A stretch of 64,000 nucleotides of DNA from Chrysomallon squamiferum. Lineage: Eukaryota; Animalia; Mollusca. The DNA is taken from contig CM022670.1 of assembly GCA_012295275.1 (NCBI GenBank), positions 4,836,001 through 4,900,000 on the forward strand, in the 5' to 3' direction. The notes beneath the pieces are model-generated. The model worked only from the letters and a program-made list of their open reading frames with translations, ran no database searches and was not told where the DNA came from. This document shows, one piece after another, positions 28,761 through 42,612 of the stretch. The position numbers and the translations under genes were made by a program. Position 1 is the stretch's first letter, and every line of letters begins with the position of its first letter.

Positions 28761-30844
28761 CAGTGCATGAATAAATTCTTACTCCATTATAAACAATTCT
28801 TAATGTTATTTTTAACATCAGAGCTAATAAAATGATAAATGTGAAATATAAAAATACAGTAATAACTGATACATTTGTCTTGATCTTACAAATGTACATC
28901 TTACTGCTCTATTTCTGGGAATGGTAATCTTCACTGGCTTTGTGAATTTGTTGAGTTCAGTAATCATTCCAGCTATAGATTATTGTTTTGTTTTTATTTG
29001 GGTTTTTTCATTATCTTTAATTTCAGATTTTCTGAACAACCTTTTTTTCTACTTCCTTTCCTTCCATGTATTTCAAGGAAGTGGAAGATTATTTAAAAAA
29101 GAAACAAAAAAAAACCTCCTCCACATAACTGAACTTGTTTGTGAGGATTTATAAAACAAGAAGAATTAATACTTTTACATTATTTAAACAAAGGATCTCA
29201 TAATATCCACTGAAGGCTATGATATTTTTATTTAATTTTTAAATTTATTTTTATAATTATCATGAAGATAAATATAACAAAGTTATCCAAGTATAACACC
29301 AAGCAAATATTAATAACTTACTATTTTTTTTTTTTTGAGCTTAAAAATGGAAACGTTTTATTTTGCAAAATCTTGTAAATATTTACCCGAGATATTTTTA
29401 TGAACCACAAGCAAAAAAAATGTGTTTTATATGTACCATCCAAGTCAAAGGAAAAAAACAAAATCAAGAATATTAAAATACTATATCATTTCAGAAATTC
29501 CCTGGGTGAGAGAACAACAATAAACAAATTTTCAAAAGCTAGAATTCATGCAAACAATAATTACAAACAATAACAGTAAGTTAAATGCAGATAAAATGTA
29601 TGACATAATCAATGCATAATAATTAATACAATAATTAGTGATTTTAAATTAAATTTTAAATGTACATTTATCACAGACATTTTAGTGCAACAAATTCTAA
29701 TCAACAGTAATGTAATAGCACATATATTTTCAAGTAAAATTAAATAATTTTATTGATTTGAGTAAAAGATTCATTTTTTTATTTTTATTTTTTTGTAAAT
29801 TTATGATTTTTTTTTTTTTAATTTTTAATGGGTTTTTTTGACTTAAAATATCTCTTACCGATGTCAAAAAGTCTGAACATCTTAAAGCCAAACAAATACT
29901 TCTAAATAAAAAAATAATACAAATTTTTTTCTACAATAAATTACTAATTATTTCTTACTAAACTTACAGCAACCTGAGTCTCATGAGCAACACAAAAACA
30001 GGCATAATAATAATAATAATAAGCAAAAACTTAAAGCAAAAAACTTTCATTATAGAAAATAGAAAGTGTGAATACTCCTTTAATGATAATCTCTCAACTG
30101 ATGCATCACATCATTTTTTGTTTAAAATAATAACAACAATGTGAAAGTGTACAATCAGTTTAAAGTATTTACAGTATTTTATCAGCTGCCAAATTAAGAA
30201 GTTCTGACTGGACAATATTAAATTAATGAAAAAAATCAAATAAATATTTTATAAAATGCATCATGAGTTCAAACACTGTTAAAAGTTGTCACCACAGGAC
30301 AATGTGCGTACTAAAAAAAATTGAAGGAAAAAGAAAAAAGTTAAATTTGATGTTTCTAGATTGTCATAAAAGATTTAATATGACATAACTAGACAATACA
30401 ATTTTGAATTTCTCATTGATATTAACTCATTTCTGATGAAGAATGAAAATTAACTAATAGGCAAACTAAGTGGTCATCTAGAAATGTTTGAACAAATTTG
30501 AATAATACCACTGGACTGATTCACCTGGCTCTTCAGTAACTGTACTTCCCTCCAAATCAAAATAAGAACCTACAAAGCATGAATACTTTTAAAGTCAATT
30601 TCAGGACTAGATCCATATCATTTTATGGGCTTTTTGCAGCTGCAGTAATATTGGTGTTTTGCATTTATGTCACAGTGCAAGTGTAAGTACAGTTGGATAC
30701 ATATGACAGGGAAGGGAAAAAAATATACACAAAGACAGGAACCAGTTCTTGGCTGTAAAGATATTTAACACTGTTTTGAACAAATTGCTGATGCGAGGAA
30801 AATGAAGAACAGAACTTGGTAAATACCAAAACATCATCTTAAAA

Positions 30845-30845
<1 letters not shown>

Positions 30846-30883
<38 letters not shown>

Positions 30884-30900
30884 TATTATTATTATTATTA

Positions 30901-30933
<33 letters not shown>
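30846..30933. repeat. (AAT)n switching to (ATT)n: self-complementary microsatellite
   Basis: AATAAT...AATTATTATT...; same arrangement at about 12779-12846 and 54914-54946. Confidence 0.9.
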
Positions 30934-30934
<1 letters not shown>

Positions 30935-32494
30935 AATGACTTTTGAACATTTTCCTGAAATTTAACAAATTTAAGTACTTTGAAATGATGGACTTTTATA
31001 GATTTCAAGGAGCAGTGGGAATCTTGATGTACAACAATGATTGTAAATTATATCTTTAACCCATTCAAAACATTATATACTTAAAATGAATAATAAATTT
31101 AAAAACACAAATAAAGACACAACTAATTAATAAAAGAAACACAGAAATAAAACTGATATGGAGTTGTTCACAACACATTTTCCTTTCACCTTGTTAGTTT
31201 CATTTGCTGAAATTCAACCCTAGACTCGGTTTAACAACCATTTAATATTACAACAAGTACTATATATGAAAACATTTTTAAAAATGCTGTATTAAATACA
31301 CTATGCTGCCCTATGTCAGTAAAGAATTACATATAATTTTACAATATAAAAATTTATGCCAATTTTATTTGTTACAAACACTTAACAAAACCCACTTGCT
31401 CAGTTTTATATTTACTTGAAAACTTAAAAACAATAAAATATAATAAATTTTTAAACTTTTGGCCAGATTGCCCAAACAGTGAAATAACAATAAAAAGATA
31501 ACACGTAATGTGCATTGCTGTGACTCTGTTGCACGTGTGTGACACACACACACACAAAATAGTTAGTTGTTGAGTGTGTCAATTCAGTTTAGCTTTACCA
31601 GTATTTGCAAACAATAATTTATGTTTACAACTGTGGCCAAAACAATAATTATGTTAATCTCATCTAATGTGAGGAAAGATATGGGGTTTTTTTTGTTTTG
31701 TTTTTTAAAATAATTCAACAGCACTGACAATTTTAATACAAAAATCACAAATAAATTAATTATTAAATTACACTGAGATCATTTGAATGCCCTGCAAAAA
31801 CAAAGATACTTTAATACACATGTATATACATACATACAGACAGACAGACATATATGGAAATACATTAACATAAGTTATTAAATGGTTTTATATCTATATA
31901 ATCTATCAATCTATTTATACTTTCACAGACAGATAGACAGATAGATGGTTAGTATTACTTATGTTAATGAATTTCCATACAAATTACATAAAAATATGAA
32001 GAGCTTAGAACCAACTTGGTCAAACCCACAGAATGTGGTTTTCACATTACTAATGTATGAAGTTAACAAAGTATAAAGAATTTAAAACTATTACTTGCCA
32101 AAGTTGTTATGGGTATAGTTAAATGTGACTAACCGTTTAACACTGACTGATTGTAAGAACATTCATCACTAAATTATCTGAACTCATATCTTCTTTCTCA
32201 GGGGTGAGACCATTTTTTTTTTTTTATCACTCTTTGTATTTGAACAATCAAAGTTAGTTAATGATTAATACCTGGCCAACCAAGATTATTGAATTGCTAT
32301 TATTCCTGACCAATCAAAGCTAATATCACTTTTAATATATCTGTACTTTAATTACATCAACATATCTAACCAAATCAAGATAACTTAATTTATGTTATCA
32401 TATTTGACCAAATCAAGGCATGTAACTGAACACTCCTGACTAAATCATGCTTTAACAAATGAATGTTAGTATCAAAACTAGAAGGTTTCTTTCA

Positions 32495-33991
32495 TTAAAA
32501 GAGTAATTTGAAATCACAAACAAGTGACAAATGATCTGAAGGGTACTGAAATGACGGCAGCCGATTTGCACCCAGTTCTTCACACGTTGGAAACTCTAAC
32601 AAGGAACAAACACTGAGATATCTGAAAGAATACCACATGTAGTCTATTGTTGCACAGATATCCTCCGGCCCGTCTGCAGAGCCTCTCACTTTCCACGTGG
32701 TGTATGGAGGTTCTTCTCCCTCGTCTGAAAGACACGTGTAAGCACTTTTTAACTTCAGTTTACTTTTCTGAAATTCTTTGTAAACATTTTCATCTGGCTC
32801 TGCATTGAAGTCTCCACATATAACAAGAGGTTTGCCATCAGTTAACTCAGCCAAATAATCAATCAGCCATTTGCCTTGTTCATGTCGCACTGTTTCAAAT
32901 GGTTTTTTGGACTTGAGATGAGTAACTGCAATGTACATCTCCTGTAGATTAGAACCACTTCTGATTTCAAATCTACCTATGATACTCACTTGATTTGTTT
33001 CTTCAAAGGCAGAATCTTTTAATACAACATTTCTAGAACTTTTTAAAGTGATTGAGTCAGTTTTCCAGAACAATGCGCACCCATCAGGACCGCTGTTATG
33101 TTCAGTGTGCAGACACGGAGAGTCTGGCTTAGGAAACCAAACTCCACTGTACCCAACAGTGGCCAAAGTGTCCATTAAATAATCATAATGGTCGACTTCT
33201 TCTAGACATAATACTGTTGGATTGTAAGTTAGCATTTCTTCAACCAAGTGAGTATGTCTGTTTTCCCAATCCAATGCTACATTTGGGCATAAAACAAAGT
33301 TGTCACTTCCTTGACTTAGCGCTGCAAATGTAAGCAGAGAAAAGCTAATTATTTTTCACTTTCTGGAATAAAACTGATTTTTTTTTTTTTTTTTTTTTTT
33401 TTGATTTATTTTGTAATCAGTCATTGCAGAAAGATAAAAATAAAAACAAAGCATAATCAAACTTTTATAATAATTAAATACCAATAATTAAACATTTTAG
33501 TATTTTACTTGTATTTTCTAGAAGCCATATTTCATGCTTTATTTAACTTCTGAATTAGAGAATCAGAATAAAAATTAACATATTGTCATTTAATCTAACA
33601 TGAAAATTCAAACAGAAAATAAATATTTGTCTGCAATCATATTCACTGAAAAAACATTTTAATCTGAATCAGAATTGTTTTTTTTATTAAATCATTAATT
33701 ACTTAATTAATATTATTATTTGAAACAATCAGTTACAGACTTTGACTTTTAAGGTGCTTTTGAATACATTAATAAATTCACCAAGTAAAAACAATGTGAA
33801 ACAGTTCTTCTAGAACTATCTTTTAAAAAGCTTTATTAGAAGATATATTTATTTTTTATATATATATATATACATATTTTTTTATTAGTCTCTTAAAAAA
33901 AAAAATAATAATAATTGTAGCTGCTAGTACTCTGATTTGAAAGTTATAAATAATATGGAATTTTGCTTCAATGCATATGTTGTAATTCAAC

Positions 33992-34060
<69 letters not shown>

Positions 34061-35067
34061 TATGAAATGAAAGAACTTTACCTTGAGCTAGAATATTCCA
34101 CTGCATAATTCTAATAACTGGTCCATTTCCACATGGGGATATATTCCTAAACTGGCGTTTCAGTAATGGAGGAAGGTTCTTTTCTTCTGATTTCTTTTGA
34201 AATTGATTTAATAATTCACTAACTGACATCTTCTGTATAAATTTTAAAATATATATTCATTTTTAATTAAATCTTTATTATAGCTTAAATATATTTTGTT
34301 AGTATGTATTATAAAATTGTTGACAGAGATCTATACAAAATATAAAGAATAGATATAGATCCATTAAAAAAAAAGTGTGTCTGTGTGATCAGTACATAAA
34401 ATATAATAAATGAAAATTTAAATTATGAGATATCTTTTGTGATATAAGATAAATCTCATCTTCAATCTTTATTAATTAAATAAACATGCTTATAAAGGTA
34501 TTATTATGGTATCCAAAACAGTTAAAAAATGTTGATATGACTATTTCTTTATATCTGGTGTACCTATGTTATTTGAGATGTATTGATAATGTGGGGGTAT
34601 GAAAGAGGTGGTGATAGACAATGAGGAAGATTTTGACATCCGCCTCTTAACAACAACATACGAATAATCATAATTTCAATGATGCATTGAATAATATATA
34701 TATTTTTATGTTTTTTCTTTGACTTTTATTTATTTATTTATTACTACTATTATTATTATTATTGATAATTAACAGTAATAATAATACGTACACGGTAATT
34801 TAATATACAACTTCGAAAATGGTGAAAAAGAGGGTGAATTACTTTTCTCAATTGACCTCTGTTTCTGCTAACGTCTGTTAACGATCTATACAATGTCTGT
34901 GGCTGAAATACAAATAGTGTTCATAACGCCAAGATATTAATGTTCAATTTATGATCAATACACTCATTAAAGTTAGAAAATGAAGTGTTAATAGCACTCG
35001 GCATAAAAGTCATATTAGTAATTACCAGTCGTTTGCAATGTGCTTTAAACACAAATCGGAAATTCAT
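32495..35067 (-). CDS. NOCT: Nocturnin (EEP-family NADP(H) 2'-phosphatase; curled/CCRN4L-like), ~359 aa
   Basis: Exons (-): 35067-35026, 34902-34843, 34232-34082, 33321-32495, totalling 1080 nt in frame. Motifs IRIMQWNILAQAL, LCLEEVDH, PKPDSPC, GPDGCALF, VTHLKS, CGDFNAEP, YTTWKVR, IDYMWY and YPSDHLSL. The first two exons are inferred from splice signals and frame only. Confidence 0.93.
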
Positions 35068-35563
35068 CCAGAGTGGAAACACCTGTTGCTTCCATGAAGC
35101 AGTTAGCGTGTATACTAAAATATAAACTATTGTTACATTGTAGCTTCTGAACCATCAGGAGTTATGTAATATGTATACTTTTAATGGAGCGACATATCGT
35201 TCTGATTTATTGTAATTTTATTTTATTATACAGTAAAATTATAGATACATTTTATAATAATTGTTTGAATAATTCATAGCATTAGTATGTTGCATAAAAA
35301 AATAATAATAATAATAAATAAATAAAGAGTAGTAATAACAATCAAACAAAACTCCAGATATTTATTACAGTATTAATATATGAATTCAAAATATTTTTTT
35401 TTCAAAGACTCGTTTACTTCAAATTTCAAACAGCTCAAAACACAAATTAAATTGTACCATGCGGTTTCTTTGCTGATCATTCGTCCAAATACTAGTTATC
35501 ATTCATAGTTTGACTTTTAACCCCAACCTAAGGGAGATAATCTATGTTTGTATCTTGAAGAAA
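35068..35563. promoter_or_regulatory. Bidirectional promoter region between nocturnin and SUGT1, with a D-box
   Basis: Divergent start codons about 500 bp apart (35067 minus, 35564 plus). CpG is retained locally. GTTATGTAAT at 35161-35170 matches the PAR-bZIP/NFIL3 D-box consensus RTTAYGTAAY. Confidence 0.65.
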
Positions 35564-36224
35564 ATGGCGATGGATATTTTCAGGTTATATTTTGTTCTGC
35601 GTGTATTTATATTTAAAATATATTAAAACTATTTTCGAAAACTTTAATTTTACTTTAATAATCATTTCTTTTTCAGTAAAGCAAACGAAGAATTTGTTAA
35701 TGAGAATTACAAAAGAGCAATAGAGGTAAATATTTATCTTTAAATGTCGTCTTTATGATTTATCCTCGGTCAAGATATCACTTTTCTATGACACTTCTCT
35801 TACGTTTTGTACTTAATCATGCTAACATGTTATACCTTTGAATTTTGCCTTCCCGGAAAACAATCCCGGAAAACAATATTTCTCACACTAAAAGTTTAGT
35901 AATACATACTCAGATTGATTACTGGTTTATAATACAAAAGAAAGAAAAACGATAAAAATCTGAGCAGTAATTCAATATAATTGTGATTGAATATAATTAT
36001 ATTGTAAAGGAGAGTTTGCTTACCCCCACGTTCTGATATTTCATAAAATAAATAACTTGCCACCATCTAACAACATAAACCTGATCTAGTTACTACGTAA
36101 CTATGGTACAAGTAAATGATACACAATGACATCATATTCATTATACTGGAGATTTCGTTATAATTTAGTGAATTAGCTGTTATTATTTTTTTTTTTTACA
36201 TCTCTATACCTATAAGAATAGAGA

Positions 36225-36259
<35 letters not shown>

Positions 36260-39200
36260 GGCTACTACTTTTGATTCACCAAGTATATTTAAATGTCCAA
36301 CCAAAATACATAATCAGACAAAGCATAGGTTTTTAGAACAATATGGGTGCTCAGCTATTGAAGGTTTTGCTGGATATAAACATTAAAAAATATAAATAAA
36401 AAAAGGCCATGTAGTAGAGGGCCTTCTCTTGTTGATGGATGTTTCAGAATACTACTACCTACTACTAATTATAATCAAGTAAACTGCAACTTGTTTGACA
36501 TTAATATAAAAGTTTTATTACAAGTACACATCAACTTTTTTTGTTCGGTTATCATAAATTCTTGTTTAATAATAATAAACCTGATAAAGTTATAATAACA
36601 ATTATAATGAAAAATATTTTGATATGTTTGTAAAAATAAAAAATTTAAAAATGTTGTTATCCAGTAGAGTTGCAGGAAATAGGCTTTGTGATCTCTTGCC
36701 TATTTGAGTGGGTTTTTGCAAAGTGTAAAATCATGTTAAATATTTGATTTATAGCTGTATACTGAAGCAATAGATGCTGACAGTACTCGAGAGGAGTTCT
36801 TTACCAGCCGAGCTCAAGCTCACATCAAGTTAGAGAATTTTACAGGTAATGATTATTTTTGCATGCACACATGCACACACACAAACAAAAACACCCCAAA
36901 ACACCACACTCTTGATGAACTGCATTTCTGCTCTTCAGTAAGTGGTGATCTGTTCATTTCCAATTGTAGGGAATTCCCTGTGTTCTCTGGCATTTTTCTT
37001 TCACAGATTAAGTTTACAGAAGGGTGAATGTAATTATTTAGGGGTGAATTAGACTAATGGGGGTAAAACAAATCAGGGGCTCATTTTATGTGCACCTGTT
37101 TTTGGAAATCTGAGTACAAAAAACCCACCTTTCTGCTAATTTACTTGTAATTCCATGACAGGAAGCAGTTGTATCATAAATACAATTAATCATATACTAG
37201 ACATATATCAAATATTCTTAGAAAGATATTGTTAAATGCTCATTTTTTAAAATAATCACACGTGTAAATATTTGTAAGTTGATATATGTAAACAAAGATA
37301 AACATATGTTTCATATAATATTAATACAGTTGGACAGACTGGCAAAATCACGAAAACAAAGTTAATTAGACCATGTTTTATTTTTATTTATTTATTTATT
37401 TATTTTCTTAAATAATATGTCTTAATTATTTTATTTTTATTTTCGTATTGTATTATGATATTTATTATAAATGTTTTTAGGACTGATTATAAATATTTTC
37501 ATGGTTAAATCTGAACATTTCAGAAGCAAAGGAAGACTGCTCCAAAGCATTAGCCCTGAACTCAAAATCAGTGAAAGCAGCACTGAGAATGGGGTAAACA
37601 GAAAATAATTATTTTTTAAATGCCATTTGGGACCATATTCTGTCAAGGGTGCAGAAAGTTGCTCAGGATAATTTCTTCTTCCAATATTGTTTACTTCTTA
37701 TATTCACAGCCTATGCATTTTTATACATTGCACACAATTTACTATATAAATACTATCCGATCAGAAAGCTTCTAAAACAGATGGTTATCTTTAGTAACTA
37801 TATCAGAAGAGGTCCTAGCATAATTAAATCTGTGAATGATAATTTACACCCTTTGCTGATTTCAAAACTGCTGACTTCTGTCAGTAATAATAAGATTTGT
37901 AAATTTATATTTTCTTAATAATTAACTACCTAAAATTCTTAACATTAGTAAAAAAATAATAGTTAAAGTTGAAATAATTTATTTTCTGATAAAACAAAAA
38001 CTTTAAAAAAATATTATTCTCTTCACTGAGTTGGACATTCCTGTAGAAATTATATAGCATTAAAGAACATATTTAAATGTTTTTTTTATATATTAAATAT
38101 AAATTACAATAACTTACATTAGCCTTTTCTGTTCAGTTAAATGTTATGTTAACATGATTGTATTGAACTGAATCTTTACTTAATTTATTGTATTTATGTT
38201 TTATTTATTATGCATATTAAATATAAACTACATTAACATTTGTATTTTATTCAATATTATTTTATGAGAATCTGGATTATTTAAAAAATATCGAGACATT
38301 AACAGAATTGATATATTATCAAATTTATGTTGAATTGGTGTGCTTACTACTATTGTTAATTTGCTTAAACTGTATTAGAATTCTTTAGATAAACACTTTT
38401 AAAATACACTGAAAAAACCCACAAAAAATCTTGTATTTCATTTTATTATTAAAGGGTTGCATTGTTCAACTTACAAGATTACCAAGGTGCAATGGATGCT
38501 TTTAAAACAGGACATTCACTGGATGGTAAGATGAAGGCAGATATAATAAGTTTTTGCATTTAATATGATTAATACCTTATTATATTTTTTATTTTATTTT
38601 TTGTAATCATTTGTAAGTTACGATCTATCATTCTCATTTCTGACATCTTTGAAATTTATTGATAATAGTGTATTTGAAACTGTGAAAAAAATAATACATC
38701 TGAAATTATAAAAGAGTATTAAAAATGCTAGAATACAATTTTCATTTGAAAGTAGAAGACATATTGAATAAATACAATTAATAACTTAATTATGAATTAT
38801 TCTAATAATTCTTTTTTAATACATAATCATACTTGTAATAAAATTTGGTTGTTATAACCATACAGCAATATTCATGGGAAATGCCATGTAGTTTTATGTA
38901 TTACACAATTCTATCTAGTTCTAGTGGTGGGCATAATCACATACATGTTTTTGGAGAAAAATCATTTTTCTTAAATATTTGCATACATACATGTATTTGA
39001 TTAAAATTAATTTAAGTTTTGATATCATAAACAACTGTCTGATTTAAAAATTCCTTTCATTTGTGACTGTTTCAAACTCTTGTTTTCAAATTCTGTATGA
39101 AATAACAATAGTATTTTCATTTTAAAACTTTTATATAAATCACATAATATTTATTTGCAGAAAGTAATGATTCCTTTGAAAATTGGATTAAGAAGTGTGA

Positions 39201-41323
39201 AGACAAAATGAAATCGCTTTCAACAAATGATGACAGTACTAAAAACCAAACTCAGGTGCCTGCATTGAACAATCCACCTGCTGAATCTAAACCAAAGCCA
39301 AGTGTCAAGTAAGTGTATTGTTCAGTAGTTCTAAATTCAGTATTATTTTTGATTTTGTAATTATCATTCCTGGTCAAGAGATACACAAAAAAACTAATAA
39401 TAATAAAAATAAATTTAAAAAAGAAAAAATTGAATGATTTATTTTTGATTGATAAGGTGAAAATCTTTCTGGAAATTTTCAAAGGGGCCAAAATTGATGG
39501 ATCAAAGAAAATATAAAAAGTAGGCATTTATTTATTTATTTATTAATTTAAAAAAAAAAAAAAAAAAAATATTTTTTTTTATTTATTCATTATTATTATA
39601 ATTATTTTTATTTTTTTTTAGTTTCTTTTTATATAATTTTCATTTATTTATTTATTTTTATTATTTATTTTTTGTTTTGGTCCTTAAAAGGATACCAAAA
39701 TTCTATTACATTAATAAAACTATTGTAACATTATTTGAAAGATGAATTAGCCAAAATTCTGTAAATGAATAAATACCCCAAATTTTTTTTGTTATAATGA
39801 ATTCTGAATTTTGTGCCCATGAGAAAAAGGCTTAATTTTTTTATTTTTATAGAATAGCACATCTCAGATATGTGGTTGGTTTATTTGCCTAAACTGAACA
39901 CTGACTAAGAATATGATATACTTACATAAATGTGTGTTTATTACATATTCTGTTGCTACGAATGCTTTATAAATTGTGTTTACTAGATACGACTGGTATC
40001 AGACCCAGACTCACGTTATTGTCACTATTTTGCTGAAGAATGTAGACAAAGACAATGTGATTTGCGACATCCAAGAAACAAATGTGAGTGCTTTAAATCT
40101 GGTGTGTTAACTACAACTAGAAATTGATGTATGATAATATTCTTTTCAAAATACAAATCTGTAACTTAATTTCAATTATTATCAGGTGGTTATATTATTA
40201 AGGTTAGGATTTTGTTTTTGCTTTGAACTATTTGTATGTAATTATGCATTTTGATACAATTATTTTTATATATACAACTGTAGAAAGTTTAGATATCAAC
40301 ATTTCTGTTTGAATTTCTTTCCATTTCTTTTATGATATATATATAAAGAAAATAAAATTTAAAAAAATGTGTATAATTATATAAAATGTTTTTGTTTTTT
40401 TATTCAAAATAGAACAGTGCAATGAAATTTATCTTGATTAATTTTTTCATTTATCCATTCATTCTTTGTTACAGTTGTAATATGGCTGTGGGGTATTATA
40501 TTACAGTGCCTTCCAAATAATCTTGTTTTGGTATCATTTTTAGTTAAATGTCGAAGTAAAAAGATCAGATCACGAAGATTACAATCTTCAGGTTAATCTT
40601 GCGCATCCTGTTGTTCCACAGCAATCCACATTCAAGGTGACACCCACAAAGGTAAATTTTTATTATTTATAAATTATATATATAATATTTAAAATAAATA
40701 AAAAGTGATATATTTTCCTTGTTATGAAAAAAGGTTTAAATGTGTGCAATTGTGAATTCAGGTGTTTCCACAACATTAAGACATTTTTAAAATGTGAAAA
40801 CAAAATTGGGTTCAAAATATATTTGCTGAAATGTTATTTTGACGTTCATTTATGAAAAAGAAATGATTTGTAAAATAAAATTCAAGAATAATCTCATGCA
40901 GTTTGTTTTGTTTTCCCATGAAGATTGAGGTGAAATTGAAGAAAACTGAAGGACTGCAGTGGACAAATCTGGAAGGTGATGGTCAAAGCAAAGTTGAACC
41001 AGTGTGTCCAGGTGACCTTTATTATTTTTATCTTTTTCTGTTATTGTATAGTCAGAAACACAGATCCGTAACTAAATAAACGGACATATGGAGAACAAAA
41101 TTCAGTGAGCGAGTGAGCAATTCAAAATTCACAGTGCATTTGCAGTGAATATTATCTGTCCTGATGCACATCAAAAATGTTCATCCATGTTACATAAAGT
41201 GAAATGTGGATAAACACATGCTGAAGCTTAAAATGATAACGTAATTGTATTTTTAAATATCTTTATTCTTTTCCTTTTTTCTTTTGATGGATTTTGTTTT
41301 CATTGTTGTTATTGTTATTGTTG

Positions 41324-41365
<42 letters not shown>

Positions 41366-42303
41366 TTATTATTTTTATTATTATTGGAAGTGTTTACTAT
41401 TTTGGGAAGACAGTAATTTCTGAGGGGGCCAATAAAAATAAATACATTTGTAGTTTCTCTTCTTTTACTTGATAAAAAGTTATAAACATGGTGACTGACA
41501 AAAAAAAGTTTTGGAACCTGGGGTCTTAAGTATACATTTTATTTTATTGTCTGTCACAGCTTGGCAAATATTTCCATTAACAGTTTATGAACCTTTATGT
41601 TATTAACAATTAAAAATCATCACAAGTTGTTTTGCTATTAAACAGAAGTTCAGAAGTATCCTTCATCAAGTCATTATACAAGAAATTGGGATAAACTAGC
41701 AAAAGAGGTTGCTGAGGAAGAGAAGAATGAGAAGAAAGAGGGAGACGCAGCTTTGAATTCTCTCTTTCAGCAGATATATTCTGATGGCTCGGATGAAGTT
41801 AGGAGGGCTATGGTTAAATCGTTTGTAAGTTAACTTCTTATATTTATTAAATTTATATATCATTAAAGGGACAGTCAAGCAATGTTCAGCTTTTAAATCC
41901 TTTCTTGCACAATGCTTTTAAATAATAAACCATCATTGCATTTAAATAACAGTCCAACAGAGGCCTAGAACTCATGGGTAAAGCTTTCAATATAGGCTAG
42001 ATTGGTCTTGGATTAAACCTGTCTTATGTGCTAATTAGACTTGTTTTCCTCATTCCTGCCTGTTCACATAAGTGAAGTACAAAAGACTATTGTGTCTTCT
42101 GTCTTTGGTAAAGTGCACATAAAAGGAAATTTTCAGCTAATCAAGGTTAGTCTCTGGTTGCATGTTTGAGACAAATTTTATTTCTTTTCTTGTAGTATGA
42201 ATCTGGTGGCACTGTTCTCAGTACAAACTGGAAAGAGGTTGGAACTGAAAAAGTAGAGGTGAAACCTCCTGACGGCATGGAATTCAAGAAGTGGGACAGT
42301 TAG
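35564..42303 (+). CDS. SUGT1: Protein SGT1 homolog (TPR-CS-SGS Hsp90 co-chaperone), ~342 aa
   Basis: Exons: 35564-35583, 35677-35725, 36755-36845, 37524-37593, 38455-38525, 39161-39308, 39987-40083, 40544-40651, 40924-41011, 41646-41824, 42196-42303 (1029 nt). TPR N-terminus, CS domain (YDWYQT...KIEVKLKK...W) and SGS domain (NWDKL...[13 protein letters not shown]...[19 protein letters not shown]...PPDGME). Confidence 0.96.
41955..42160 (+). mobile_element. Heavily decayed SINE-like remnant
   Basis: Higher-complexity intronic block. Its motifs (…GTGCACATAAAAG…) resemble blocks at about 45400-45670 and, on the minus strand, about 26270-26410. Recognition is by recalled similarity only. Confidence 0.3.
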
Positions 42304-42563
42304 AAGTGTGAACTGAATTAACATTAAACGTCCCAAAAACAACAACACAACAAACCAAAAGCATTTGTGATAAGTGTGCCAGAAATTTCCTGAAAGAAAA
42401 ATATCTTTAAAATAACTGAAATAAAAATTTTCTTCAAAATAAATAAAATCATCTTTAATATAATTGAAAGAAATTTTTGTTCAAAATGACTGAAAAGAAA
42501 ATATTATTTCGAAGAAAAATATTTTTCAAAACTTTTGATGTAGCCTGTTCCTTCCATTCAGTG

Positions 42564-42612
<49 letters not shown>

